NCBI GenBank assembly: GCA_012295275.1
Contig: CM022678.1
Coordinates: 19,840,001 to 19,904,000, forward strand
Origin: Chrysomallon squamiferum
Lineage: Eukaryota; Animalia; Mollusca
Direction of reading: 5' to 3'
Length of the DNA: 64,000 nt
In this document: positions 25,401-39,128 of the stretch, one piece after another
How positions within the stretch are numbered: position 1 is the stretch's first letter
Layout: the number at the start of each line of letters is the position of its first letter
Notes under the pieces: generated by a model
Told to the model about the DNA's origin: nothing
What the model saw: the letters and a program-made list of their open reading frames with translations, nothing else
The model's database searches: none
Position numbers and translations under genes: made by a program

Positions 25401-26814
25401 TGTTATTGTTGTTGTCAATGATGATGATGATGTGATGATGTGATGATGTTTGTATATAAATGGTTGTTATTTTGTAGATGCTCTTCTTCATGGGTTGGTT
25501 AGTAAAGTTGTGCCTGAAGATAAACTGGAAGAAGAGGTATGCTTGGTTACATGATTTCCCATTCCAAACTCTTAACAAGAAACCAGCAATAAATTTAAAA
25601 ACAGAAAATACATTTTTATTTTTACAGCAAACATTTATTTTTTATTTTTATTTATTATTATTATCACTGTCATCATCATTATTATTATTATGATTATCAT
25701 TAGTTGTTATTAATATTAGTATTATTTTTACAATTATATATATTATTATTGTTATTGTTATTATCATTATTATCATTATTATTATTATTATTATTATAAT
25801 ACAGATTACTGTTCTATGTTATCAAAACATAAATGGAAAGTTACCACATTAAAAACAATCTAACATTTATTATTTTCAAATGATGTTACAAAAAAATAAT
25901 AATGACCACCTATAAAATTTGGTTTCTTTTCCACATCACTGCATCATATTTTATTATAATTTTCAAATGTGATAAACAGTCATTTAATTGTCATTACACA
26001 CTTATTGATTAATTTATCTTGATGTTGTTGTGTCGTAGACGATGAAGACTGCACAGCGTATCTGTGAGACAAGCAAAAGTGTTGTAGCTTTAGGAAAAGC
26101 AACGTTTTATGCACAGATGAATTTAGAGAGAAAAGAAGCTTACAGGTAAACCATGTTTTAATATTTACATTAATTTGTCTTGGTAAATCATATGGCTTAG
26201 TGTGTATAGTGTGTATAGAGGTCCCAGTACATTGCTTTGCCCAGCGAGTCTATAATCCTGTTAATATGACAAAGCAAACATCACGTGATACTAATCTTAT
26301 ATCTGTGTGTTCATTTAGTGATCACAATTGTTCATTGTTGTTTTTTTTAAATTTAATGTCTCAAAGATTTAAATGTAATAAAATTACAGCATCCTTTATC
26401 TCCATCATCATCATCCTCAGTGTCATCATTATCATGTCCTGCAGCTATTTGTGGTTAGACTTAAATGTTATTCTCAGATTAAATCCTTATATTCCAAAAT
26501 CCGGAAAAAGGCTAAAATCTGAAAATTTTGAAAATCTGCATAACTTCTTTTCCCAGGCATTTCGGATAATGAATCCTCAGTCTGTTCCACTTTTCAGCCA
26601 TTTTAGTTCAAAAAAAACAAACAATAATCAGATTGTCTGCTGCTTTTGTTTATAGAAATGAATAACAATAAAAATGTTTCAATGATGTTATTTCAGACTG
26701 GCTGGTAAGGTAATGGTTGACAATATAGCAATGTCTGATGGACAAGAAGGAATCAGATCTTTTGTAGAAAAGAGAAAACCAGTCTGGTCACATGACCAGG
26801 TCAAAGTTCACTGA
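20683..26814 (+). CDS. ECHDC3: Enoyl-CoA hydratase domain-containing protein 3, mitochondrial (crotonase family)
   Basis: Exons 20683-20742 (mito-targeting-like [15 protein letters not shown]), 21568-21671, 22423-22552 ([20 protein letters not shown]), 22961-23032, garbled exon 5 near 23487-23585, 23963-24047 ([17 protein letters not shown]), 25017-25126 ([27 protein letters not shown]), 25478-25536, 26039-26145, 26697-26814 ([19 protein letters not shown]). These motifs are characteristic of ECHDC3. Confidence 0.93.
24170..24445 (+). mobile_element. Diverged SINE with a Meta/MESC-type central domain
   Basis: TATCCTGTCTGTGGGATGGGTACATAAAAAAGATCTCTTACTGTTAATC resembles, from memory, the conserved MetaSINE/MESC core common in molluscs; related copies occur elsewhere in the window. 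Confidence 0.65.
24520..24670 (-). mobile_element. Second, inverted copy of the same SINE family (fragment)
   Basis: TTAGCAGAAC..TATATGAACCTTCCCAGAGACAGGA..AGCACTGG is reverse-complement-similar to the core at 24240-24350. Confidence 0.5.
25127..25477 (+). other. GC-AG intron in ECHDC3
   Basis: The conserved frame [17 protein letters not shown] requires donor CAAG|GCAGGG; there is no GT at that junction. Confidence 0.75.
26475..26584. mobile_element. Short Tigger/pogo-like MITE remnant
   Basis: Right end TTCCCAGGCATTTCGGATAATGAATCCTCAGTCTG resembles Tigger4/MER46-type termini (from memory); imperfect inverted left end; internal AAATCC/TG repeats. Confidence 0.45.
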
Positions 26815-29800
26815 AGTTTTTATACTTGAAGAAATCCACTCTTTTTAAGTTTCATAATGATATTATTTTATTTTATTTTATTTTATTTATTTTTGTTTTC
26901 TATTTTTATTATTATTATTATTAATTATTACTTGTTATTTTTATTATTATTAGTTGTTAATCTTAGGTGCAATAAAATTAACATTTATAGTGTGTTTACT
27001 AAAATTAATTAACTTTATAATAACTAAGAACTGATATTGTGAAATGTAATCTACTAGTTATTGATTATATAAATATTTCAGTTTATAAACAGACTCAAGC
27101 ATATCATATTTGTTTTTCATTATTATTATTATTCTTATTATGATTATTACTTTGTTGTTGTTGTTTGACTTCATATCAATTTTGTATACAGCTAATATCC
27201 AAATATATCTTATATAAATATCTACTATTTACAATGTAGTATTTTTAGGTTTACAAAAATGAGCATTAATATATTATTGTAAAAAAGAAAAAATAGGATT
27301 TTGTTTGTTGTATTTGTTTTATCCTCTTTTCTTTATTATTATTTTCTTTTAAAATTATGCCATCTAAATTTATCAACAAATATATATGTAATTGTGTATA
27401 TTTTAATGTTTTAATAAGAATTTTTATTATTATTATTTTATAAATAATGGACATACAACACATTACAATTCATAGTTTATTGAAATAAAAATAGTAAAAA
27501 CACATTCTGAGATTTGCTGTTAGTTAACAAGTGTCTAAAACATGAAAAAATAATAAAAAATAAATAAAAAATAAACTATCACATTCTAATTTTTCACAGA
27601 AATAAACAAATCTAATTTTAATTTTATCTTTACCAAGCATTTTGATAATGTGAGACAAATATTATAATGTTCTTTGCAATCAAAACAATACTAAATAAAA
27701 AAGATAAATAAAGCTATGTTTCCAATAAATAGTAATGTTCACATGTACTAAATAAGGCAAATGTTTCAAATTATTCTGGTTATTAAAATATAATAAATAA
27801 TAAATAAATAATAAAATTAAATATTTATTACCACAAATTGAAATAAAACAACATTTTTGGAGAAAAAAAAACTTTAACTAAAATATACGACAAAATGTCT
27901 TCAGATAAATATTTTATACTTTTTGAGATATTTGCTAAATAGATAATAAATATTTTAAGGATGACAAAAAAAAAAAAAAAAAAAAGATACAGATTTCATC
28001 ACAGACAGTAATTTTCAACATAAATGTCGAATACATAATAAACAATGGACGGACTAAAATAAATAATCTTGTTAAAAATAAAATACATATATATATTATT
28101 ATTTTAAATAAATAATTTTAATCAAGTCTAAAATAAAATTAAAACTAAAAGCCACTACTAAGAAGTTTACACATTAAGAAATGAAGCATGACTTTATATA
28201 ATCATAACACTACCTTATCTTTTCTTTAAATAATATCTCAGTATGAAATAAAATCTACTAAACTATACAGTTATGCAAATACTAGAATGATAACACATAG
28301 AAATGATCATTAATTAAAGCTTATCTGAAATGAATATAATTGCCCATACTTAAAATATTTGTACGTGTATTCAATTATTAATAATAATGCACGTAGGATA
28401 CAAATTAAATTTTGTATTAAAGTCTGAATTAAACAACAGAAGGCAAGGAAATTATATGTATATTTGAAAAGTAACAAGACATATTTTTAAAATGAAATTG
28501 GTGTAGTAAATTCTAAAAACAAAAAGTACATGAAAATTTACTGAATTGTTAAGAAAAATACTGATTTTAAAAATAAAATAAAAAAAAATATTCCTAATTT
28601 TTAATCATAAAAAAAAAAAAAATAAAAAATTATCTTTGTGTTGTACTGGTGGAATGCAACACGAAAAAATACCAATACAAAATTTTAGAAAATATTAAAA
28701 CTAAATAAATATATAAATGAATGTTCAACTTATAAACCATATTATTAACTGTTACCAAAGCACAATAGCTGAGGAAGACTTTACAACATTCAAAGCAGAC
28801 ATATATCCACACTTTGTTCAGTTTTTTTTTTAAACAATTTGATAGTCTGAGTACTCTAAGTATACAGAGGCACTTCCAAAGAAAATAGTGGAAGGACACA
28901 CAGGCAGTAAGCAAGTGGATGGACACATGGACAAATAAAATATTATCTCTTAAAAAGTTTTAAATGAAATGGAATGTTCTGCTTAAACAGATTTGTAAGT
29001 TTTAAATAATAGATATTTCTGATATTTGATCTAAATCAGATAAATAAATAAACTTGTGAAATAATAATAATAATAATCATTATTACTATTATTTCTATTA
29101 TTATCATTACTACTATTACTATTATTATAATAAAATAATAATAAAAACTGTAATAATAATAAATCTTCTATAATCAATGGCATTAAAAAAAGTAAAAATT
29201 AGTGGAAGTAGATGTGGAATGTAGCCTTATCAGTAACCTCATTCCTGTTTTTATTTTTAAAATGATTTCACTAAATTATGATTTTATATAAATATATATT
29301 TAAATAACAATGACATGTAAAATTACCTTCATTATCAATAACATATTTTCACTAAATAATTTAAGGACACTTTTAAGTTATTATTTCAATATGTTATATA
29401 TTATTCAGATAATTTCCTGTAAAGACACAAATGGCTATATATTTTTATTAATAATTTAATTATTCTCATTAACTTTCGTTGTTTGTTTTTTCTGTTTATT
29501 TCAGTTTCATATTTTCAAATTACCATATTTTATTTCATAAAATGAATTCATTTATTTTTATAACTTAAAATAAAATAAAAAATTCTATTATAAAATAAAA
29601 GTTTGTTTCAGGAATCAAAAATTTGGTAAGAAGGAAAAATAAAATTTATAAATTAAAATTGCTTTCAGCGATTAATATTTTGTATGCATGAATATTGTTT
29701 ATAATTTAAAATTATTTATCATTTTAATGAGTTAAAAAATTCAATACGGAGATGAAACACTTTGACTGTTTAATTAATATAAATGTTTTATATTTTCAGA

Positions 29801-30114
29801 ATTTGTTTAAACTGCAAAGCTTTTATTTAAAATATTCATAACTTGTATATGATTTAAAATTATTTAAAACTTACTTATTATTTAAAACTATTGAAAACTT
29901 ACAAGTGATTTGAATATAATTCAATATTCATACATTACTCAAATATTTTCAAACCTATTTCATTTACGTAAAAGCTCTCAAAACTATAATTACTCTCTTT
30001 TTTTAAATAATATTTCGTCTGTTTTCTGAGATATACTCTAACTACAAAGCTGTTTGGAACTGGCTACGTTATCCTGTGTAATTAAAATGACTGTAACTGT
30101 GACAATGAAACCAC

Positions 30115-30895
30115 CTAGCAAGGCAGGACGTTAACCCCACGCACTGTGGTCTGTGCAGCCATCGAGTTGGACAGCGTGCGCATGCTCTCTGCCAGACGTC
30201 CAAACTCCTCCCACTTCTGACTCTGAATGCTCTGTTCGACATCTGCCTGGTAGTCAATGCTCTTCAGCTTCGTCTGAGTTTCGTGCAGACAGTGCTGCAG
30301 TTTCAGTATCTCTCTGTCTCTCTCCTCAATCTGCAATGCAGACGTAAACAATTATTGTCAGAAATGATTCTCAGCTTCTGTGTTTTAGTTTCATTCTCTC
30401 TGTTTTTAGCTCTTTCTTTTTTCTTTTTTTCTAAATCTGAATACTTATAAATACATGTTGAAATGGTTTTTTTTAGCTTCAGTGTTTTAGTTAATATCTG
30501 TTTTTATCTTTCTTTTTTTCTCAATCAAAAACAATTATAAAAGCAATGTTAAAATGATTCATGTTTCAGTTTTAATCTGTTTTTGCTGATCTCTATCTTT
30601 TTCTTTTCAGTTATAACAAGCAAATTAATATTAAAATAATCTTAGTGTTCAGTTTTAGTTTTAATAGCTCTCTCTCTGTGTTTGTGAGTGTGTGTAAAAT
30701 CACATATATAATGCACACAAACATATTAATATATAAAACTATTTTTCAGTTTTTCTTCCATTAATATATTATTTGTATCTGTATCTTAAACCTCCCTAAC
30801 AATTTGAATCAACAGAAACAGCACAGAATAAAAATAAATTATGAATGATATCAGTAGTAAAACTAGTACTAATAATAGCAAGAGTAATTGCATGA

Positions 30896-30984
<89 letters not shown>

Positions 30985-31713
30985 TTATAATAAAACACTA
31001 ACCCTAAAAGCTCCAACAACAATAGCAGTAACAAAACAAACATGTTAAAACACTAAAACAAAATAATCGCCTATATAAAACCTCTGACCTTTGCCTGCAG
31101 GTCAGCGACGTGGTCAACCAGTAACATTTTGTCTTTCCTCAGCTGACCGTTGTCAGTTTCGGAGGCACACAGCGAAGACTCCAACTCGGCGATTCGCAGT
31201 TTGGCACTACTCAACTGAGCCTCGGCAGTGTTCCGTGCCAGCTCATGTTTCGTCATCTACAAACAATCAGCATTCAAATATCAGTAGTGTGACAGAATTA
31301 CTCTGTACCATATACATATACATATATACAAATATCAGTAGTGTGACAGAATTACTCTGTACCATATACATATACATATATACAAATATCAGTAGTGTGA
31401 CAGAATTACTCTGTACCATATACATATATATATATACAAATATCAGTAGTGTGACAGAATTACTCTGTACCATATGCATATACATATATACAAATATCAG
31501 TAGTGTGACAGAATTACTCTGTACCATATACATATATACAAATATCAGTAGTGTGACAGAATTACTCTGTACCATATACATATACATATATACAAATATC
31601 AGTAGTGTGACAGAATTACTCTGTACCATATACATATATATATATACAAATATCAGTAGTGTGACAGAATTACTCTGTACCATATGCATATACATGCATA
31701 CATACATACATAC

Positions 31714-31757
<44 letters not shown>

Positions 31758-31933
31758 TAGATATATAGATATATATCTATAGATGTTTCGTCATCTACAA
31801 ATAATCAGCATTCAAAAACAGTGTGAAATATCAGTAGTGTGACAGAATTACTCTGTACCATATACATATACATATATACAAATATCAGTAGTGTGACAGA
31901 ATTACTCTGTACCATATGCATATACATGCATAC

Positions 31934-31972
<39 letters not shown>

Positions 31973-34900
31973 GATAGATATATAGATATATATCTATAGA
32001 TGTTTCGTCATCTACAAATAATCAGCATTCAAAAACAGTGTGAAATATCAGTAGTGTGACAGAATTACTCTGTACCATACATACATGCATACATACATAC
32101 ATACATACATACATACATACATACATACATCTATTTTGCACAGAGTAATTTCATTTCCTTCACTACTAAAGACATTTTATATTGTTTATGAGTCAAATAG
32201 CATTTAAATATAAAAGAAATATAAAACGCATTGAACTTAATGCATGTGTGTGTGTGCATGAATGCATGTATTTGCTAAGGCTGGTGTGTGGAGTCTAACT
32301 TCATAAAATAAATTATTTATTGTTACAGGTGTGTACATACATTAGGCTAAGTACATGTGTAGCTCAGAGTAAAGCATTAATTCAAATGTTCCATGACACA
32401 CTGACAAGAAAACAGTAATTTAAAAAACAAAGCTGCAAACAAGAAAGAGAACATTTAGAACACATGAACTGTTCCATGTTATGAAACAAGAAACAGAATG
32501 TGTTATGTTAATAATTCAAATAGTAAGATTAAACAAAACTTGTTAAAAAATATAACATACTGTTCATGTTACATTGATAATAAAGACAAAAAACTATCAA
32601 ATTAAAAAGAAATATAAACAACAAAATGCTCTGTATGAAGCTGATACTAAAATAACAATGACAGCAATAATAAAACAGCTGTAAATAAGAAACAAATTAT
32701 TGAAAGACAACAAACATTTCCACTTTAATTTGATAATACAAACTATGATGGTAATAGAAATTCTGTAAAAACGACAAAACAAAACTTGTCAAAAGAAATA
32801 AAAACGCGTGTGGAAGTTTGAAGATAAAAAAATCATCTCTTCTGGATAGCATTTTGCTTCGCACTTTCCCAAACTGACAAATAAAACAACAAAACAACGT
32901 AAACAACAATATAACCAATAAACCGCGTTAAAAGAACAACACGCGCTGACGACTCGCGTGATGAAATCACCTCTTCCAGGTAGCACTGCGCCTTCTGCTG
33001 TTCCATTTCTTTCTGACACTTGAGATGATTGAGTTCGACCTGGTACTGACGCAGCCTGTCCACGACGTCGCGCGTGTTCGTGCTGCTCTGTCGCCTCGGA
33101 CCCAGCGGAGGCTGATCGGTGAGCCGCAACTCGGTGAAAGGTTTGTGGTCAGATGCTTGGGCACTTGGAGGTCTGTGAGGCGCTGGTCTGCTGAACACAG
33201 CTCTGAAACCGGCCGATTTCGTCTCCTGGTTCGCGTAATTTTGTCCATTCCGATCAAAGTGGGAGTAATCCGAGGCCTTGCGCTCGGGCGGTGTGTAATC
33301 CGATGTTGTTGTTGTCTTCTTCTCCTGCGGTTTTTGGTCTGGCGGCCTCGGGTTGTAAATTCTGTTAGTGTGCACCTTGTGCTCGGCTCGTTTGTATTCA
33401 TACGCTTTGCGGTCAGGTGGTGACGGTCGCTGCTCGCGTTGCTTCCGATCGGAAGGTTTTCGTTCTGGAGACTTTCTCTCGATCTCTTCTTCGGTTCCGT
33501 TATTGTTACGCGGTTTGATGTCGACTTGCACGACCTCTGACCTGCGTTCGTCTGACAGCTGCACTGACTCGTACTCTGACTTCTGATCAGCATCATCAGA
33601 CGCGGCATCGCCTGCCACTGTGGGTTCAGACGAATTGTGGTTGCTGAGCATGTACTGGGACTCCTCAGGCTGAGAAAAGTCAGTCTGGGAAAGGTACATG
33701 TACGCAGAAGGGTAATCGGAAGACAGACTTGTGCTCATTCCTGTCTCAAATTCTTGCTGGTATCCGTCCTGGAAATTCAAATAGAAATCAGCCCGCATAT
33801 TCAAATACAAATATTGCCCACTTCAGGAAAAAAAAAAAAAAAATTATGTATAATATATATATACATTTTTTTTTTTTTTTTTTTTGATTTGAAAATAACG
33901 TCATATTAAAATATCGACCTTTTTAATAAAAAAAATATTTGTATTAAAAAAATGGTACATAAATATTTTCCCCACAAATAAAAGATATTTGTATAAAAAA
34001 CAAGTGTTTCAATTTTTGGATAAAAAATGAAACCGTGTGAATATTCTGCTGATACAAAAAGGTAATTCTATAGCAACAGGTGGTCTCTATCTGGAGCTTT
34101 AAAAACAAAAGAAAATTAAAATATATATTTGTATGAAATAATCTTTGTTTTCGTCTCTGAATAAAAATCAATCATAAAAATAAACTGTGTTAATTTAAAA
34201 TAAATAAATAAATAAAAAGCCATTAATATTTATTTTAAAATTATTTAAATTCTCCATTCTTGAATACCAGCTGAAACATAAAAGATCCAGTTAATTATAA
34301 TAACAAATTTAAATTCTTGTCAAAACCTGAAACATATAAACCTGAACCAGTTACTTAAAATAAAACAATAACACTGGTACATATGTAAAAACATATTTAT
34401 TATACAAATTTTAAAATAACTGCTGTATATAAAAACATCACAAATTGAACAAAATAGAAATAAACAAACTTACAAACCAAAAATTTATTTATAAAATGTT
34501 AGAAAGCATGATATTACTTGATAATGTATTCCAAGAACTGTATTTACATGACTATTCCGAAAACTTGCCATCAAAACAGTTAACCAACATAAGTAATTTT
34601 CCTTATTCTCAGCATCCAAAAAAAATGTATCCATATTTCACTCCATTTATCTTCAAATTCTTCTTTTAAATATGATATTTCCCATCCACCTTCAAGTTCT
34701 TCTTTTAAATACAAGATCCATTTTTCAAAAGATAATAATTTCCATTCATTTTCAAGTTCTTCTTTTAAATAGAAGATCCATTTTTCAAAATATGGTCATT
34801 TCCATCTGTCCTCAAATTCTTCTTTTAAATACAAGATCCATTCATCAAAACATGATTTTATCCACGTTGAAAATAATCTGTTTAGTATGAGATAAGTCAA

Positions 34901-35386
34901 CAAAATGTAGTAATTTCCTGCATCTTCAAATTCTTCTTTTAAACCACGATGCCATCATCAAATTGTGATAATTTCCATTTATCTTCAAAGTCTTCTTTTA
35001 ATATAAAAGAATACTGTAACTTCCATCCATTTCAAAATTTTGTCATTTTTAAAACAATCCATTTAATGAAAAAAAAAATGTTATAATTTGCATCTGTCTT
35101 CAAGCTGTGTTTTCTAAACAAACTTTCTTCAAAATGTGACAATATCCATTTATCTTTAAAGTCTTTCAACAAGATCGCACGATCAAAATGCAATGATTTT
35201 CTTATGTCTTCCGATTCTTTTCCAAACTGTTTTATTTTTAATTTCAGTTTTTCCATTTTCTGCCATCAACTGAACAAAAAGGAATAATTTCTACATAAGT
35301 CTTCCTGACTTCAAGAAAACATTGGTTCATAAAACTTTTGTTAGTTTTCATTTCTTGTATGGCAGATTTAAAAAAAAGAGGATCAT

Positions 35387-35444
<58 letters not shown>

Positions 35445-38400
35445 CAGCTCATAAATTCATGAAGTTCTAATTATGTCTCATAAAAAAATCTCACATTTAT
35501 CATTTGGGTATGGTTTATTTTTGACATCCATATTTTCAAAATTTTTGTTGTATGTATTCATTTGTTTGTGTATGTATTTGTTTGTGTGTTTGTGTTTATA
35601 AGTGTACATGTGTGTTCTGTTTGTGTTTACACTGTGTAAGTATGTTCTGTCTTAAACATTTGTATGTTCTCTATCTAGCTATTCTTTTTTACGCCCCTGA
35701 ATATAATCCATCTACCTGCTTTACTTATACCCTGTATTAAGCCCTATCTAGCTGTTTTGAGTAACACCCCTGTACTGAGCCCAATCTAGCTGTTCTGAGT
35801 AACACCCCTGTACTGAACCCAATCTAGCTGTTCTGAGTAACACCCCTGTACTGAGCCCAATCTAGCTGTTCTGAGAAACACCCCTGTGCTGAGCCCAATC
35901 TAGCTGTTCTGAGAAACACCCCTGTACTGAGCCCAATCTAGCTGTTCTGAGTAACACCCCTGTACTTACAGTCTCTAGCTGTTCTACATATTCTTGTATC
36001 TGTTCGTTGAGTCGAGCATTCTCCCTTTCCAACCGTCTCTTCTCCTCCTCTGCCCTCTCCTGCAACATAAGCTTCTTTTCCAGTTCCAACTCCATCTCCT
36101 TCAGCCTGATACGCAGGTCTGAAAGCTCATCCTGTAACACAAATGTAACAAATGAATGTTAGTGTTATTACTAACACAAATGTAACAGAATAAAATACAG
36201 TGTTATTACTAAACACACACAACACAGTAAAATACAGTGTTATTACTAACAAACACAACACAGTAAAATACAGTGTTATTACTAACACACACAACACAGT
36301 AAAATACAGTGTTATTACTAACAAACACAACACAGTAAAATACAGTGTTATTACTAAACACACACAACACAGTAAAATACAGTGTTATTACTAAATACAC
36401 ACAACACAGTAAAATACAGTGTTATTACTAACACACACAACACAGTAAAATACAGTGTTATTACTAACACAACACAGTAAAATACAGTGTTATTACTAAC
36501 ACACACAACACAGTAAAATAGTGTTATTACTAACACACACAACACAGTAAAATACAGTGTTATTACTAACACACACAACACAGTAAAATACAGTGTTATT
36601 ACTAAACACACACAACACAGTAAAATACAGTGTTATTACTAAACACACACAACACAGTAAAATACAGTGTTATTACTAACACACACAACACAGTAAAATA
36701 CAGTGTTATTACAAAACACACAACACAGTAAAATACAGTGTTATTACTAAACACAACACAGTAAAATACAGTGTTATTACTAAACACATACAACACAGTA
36801 AAATACAGTGTTATTACTAAATACACACAACACAGTAAAATACAGTTTTATTACTAAAACACACAACACAGTAAAATACAGTGTTATTACAAATACACAA
36901 CACAGTAAAATACAGTGTTATTACTAAACACACACAACACAGTAAAATACAGTGTTATTACTAACACAACACAGTAAAATACAGTGTTATTACTAAAACA
37001 CACAACACAGTAAAATACAGTGTTATTAAACACAGTAAAATACAGTGTAAACACAGTAAAATACAGTTTTATTACTAACACAAATGTAACAGAAAAATAC
37101 AGTGTTATTACTAACACACACAACACAGTAAAATACAGTGTTATTACAAACACACACAACACAGTAAAATACAGTGTTATTACTAACACACACAACACAG
37201 TAAAATACAGTGTTATTACTAAAACACACAACACAGTAAAATACAGTGTTATTACTAAAACACAACACAGTAAAATACAGTGTTATTACTAACAAACACA
37301 ACACAGTAAAATACAGTGTTATTACTAAACACACACAACACAGTAAAATACAGTGTTATTACTAACACAAATGTAACAGAATGAATGTTAGTGTTATTAC
37401 TAACACACACAACACAGTAAAATACAGTGTTATTACTAACACACACAATACAGTAAAATACAGTGTTATTACTAACACAAATGTAACAGAATGAATGTTA
37501 GTGTTATTACTAACACACACAACACAGTAAAATACAGTGTTATTACTAAACACATACAACACAGTAAAATACAGTGTTATTACTAACACAAATGTAACAG
37601 AATGAATGTTAGTGTTATTACTAACACACACAACACAGTAAAATACAGTGTTATTACTAACAAATGTAACAGAATGAATGTTAGTGTTATTACTAACACA
37701 CACAACACAGTAAAATACAGTGTTATTACTAAACACACACAACACAGTAAAATACAGTGTTATTACAAAACACAACACAGTAAAATACAGTGTTATTACT
37801 AACACAAATGTAAAATACAGTGTTATTACTAACACAAATGTAAAATACAGTGTTATTACTAACACACACAACACAGTAAAATACAGTGTTATTACTAACA
37901 CAACACAGTAAAATACAGTGTTATTACTAACACACACAATACAGTAAAATACAGTGTTATTACTAACACAACACAGTAAAATACAGTGTTATTACTAACA
38001 CAACACAGTAAAATACAGTGTTATTACTAACACACACAATACAGTAAAATACAGTGTTATTACTAACACAACACAGTAAAATACAGTGTTATTACTAACA
38101 CAACACAGTAAAATACAGTGTTATTACTAACACAACACAGTAAAATACAGTGTTATTACTAACACAAATGTAACAGAATGAATGTTAGTGTTATTACTAA
38201 CACACACAACACAGTAAAATACAGTGTTATTACTAACACAAATGTAACAGAATGAATGTTAGTGTTATTACTAACACACACAACACAGTAAAATACAGTG
38301 TTATTACTAACACAAACACAACACAATAAAATACAGTGTTATTACTAACACAAATGTAACAGAATGAATGTTAGTGTTATTACTAACACACACAACACAG

Positions 38401-39082
38401 TAAAATACAGTGTTATTACTAACACAAATGTAACAGAATGAACAGTGTTATTACTAACACAAATGTAACAGAATAAAATACAGTGTTATTACTAAACACA
38501 CACAACACAGTAAAATACAGTGTTATTACTAACACACACAACACAGTAAAATACAGTGTTATTAGTAACACACACAACACAGTAAAATACAGTGTTATTA
38601 CTAAACACACACAACACAGTAAAATACAGTGTTATTACTAACACAAATGTAACAGAATGAATGTTAGTGTTATTACTAACACACACAACACAGTAAAATA
38701 CAGTGTTATTACAAACACAACACAGTAAAATACAGTGTTATTACTAACACACACAACACAGTAAAATACAGTGTTATTACAAACACAACGACACAGAAAA
38801 ATACAGTGTTATTACTAACACACACAACACAGTAAAATACAGTGTTATTACAAATACATACGACACAGAAAAATATAGTGTTATACTGAACACTCAGCAC
38901 AGAAAATCAGGATAATACTAAACTGAAAACAAATACACAGTGTCACCAAATACACAACACAGCAGATTTCAAAAATATCAGTTACTGTTATTATTATATT
39001 ACCAATATTCAAAAAGCAAAAAAAAAAAAAAACATTTTTAATGTGTTTGTCTTGTATGTGTGTATTATGTGTATGTGGATAA

Positions 39083-39128
<46 letters not shown>

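Noticed and set aside
31276-31700. Constant 36-nt block plus a short variable segment, superficially CRISPR-like; 221-aa repetitive ORF 31091-31756
   Set aside because: The spacers are near-identical TA/CA microsatellite, the context is a eukaryotic intron and there are no cas genes. It is a minisatellite and the ORF is its by-product.
32967-33909. Overlapping alternative-frame and antisense ORFs over the large exon
   Set aside because: Explained by high GC and few stop codons; only one frame is splice-phase consistent.
36127-38900. Many ORFs with VLVITLYFTVLC / SNNTVFYCVV repeats
   Set aside because: These are translations of a non-coding minisatellite whose unit length varies and breaks frame.
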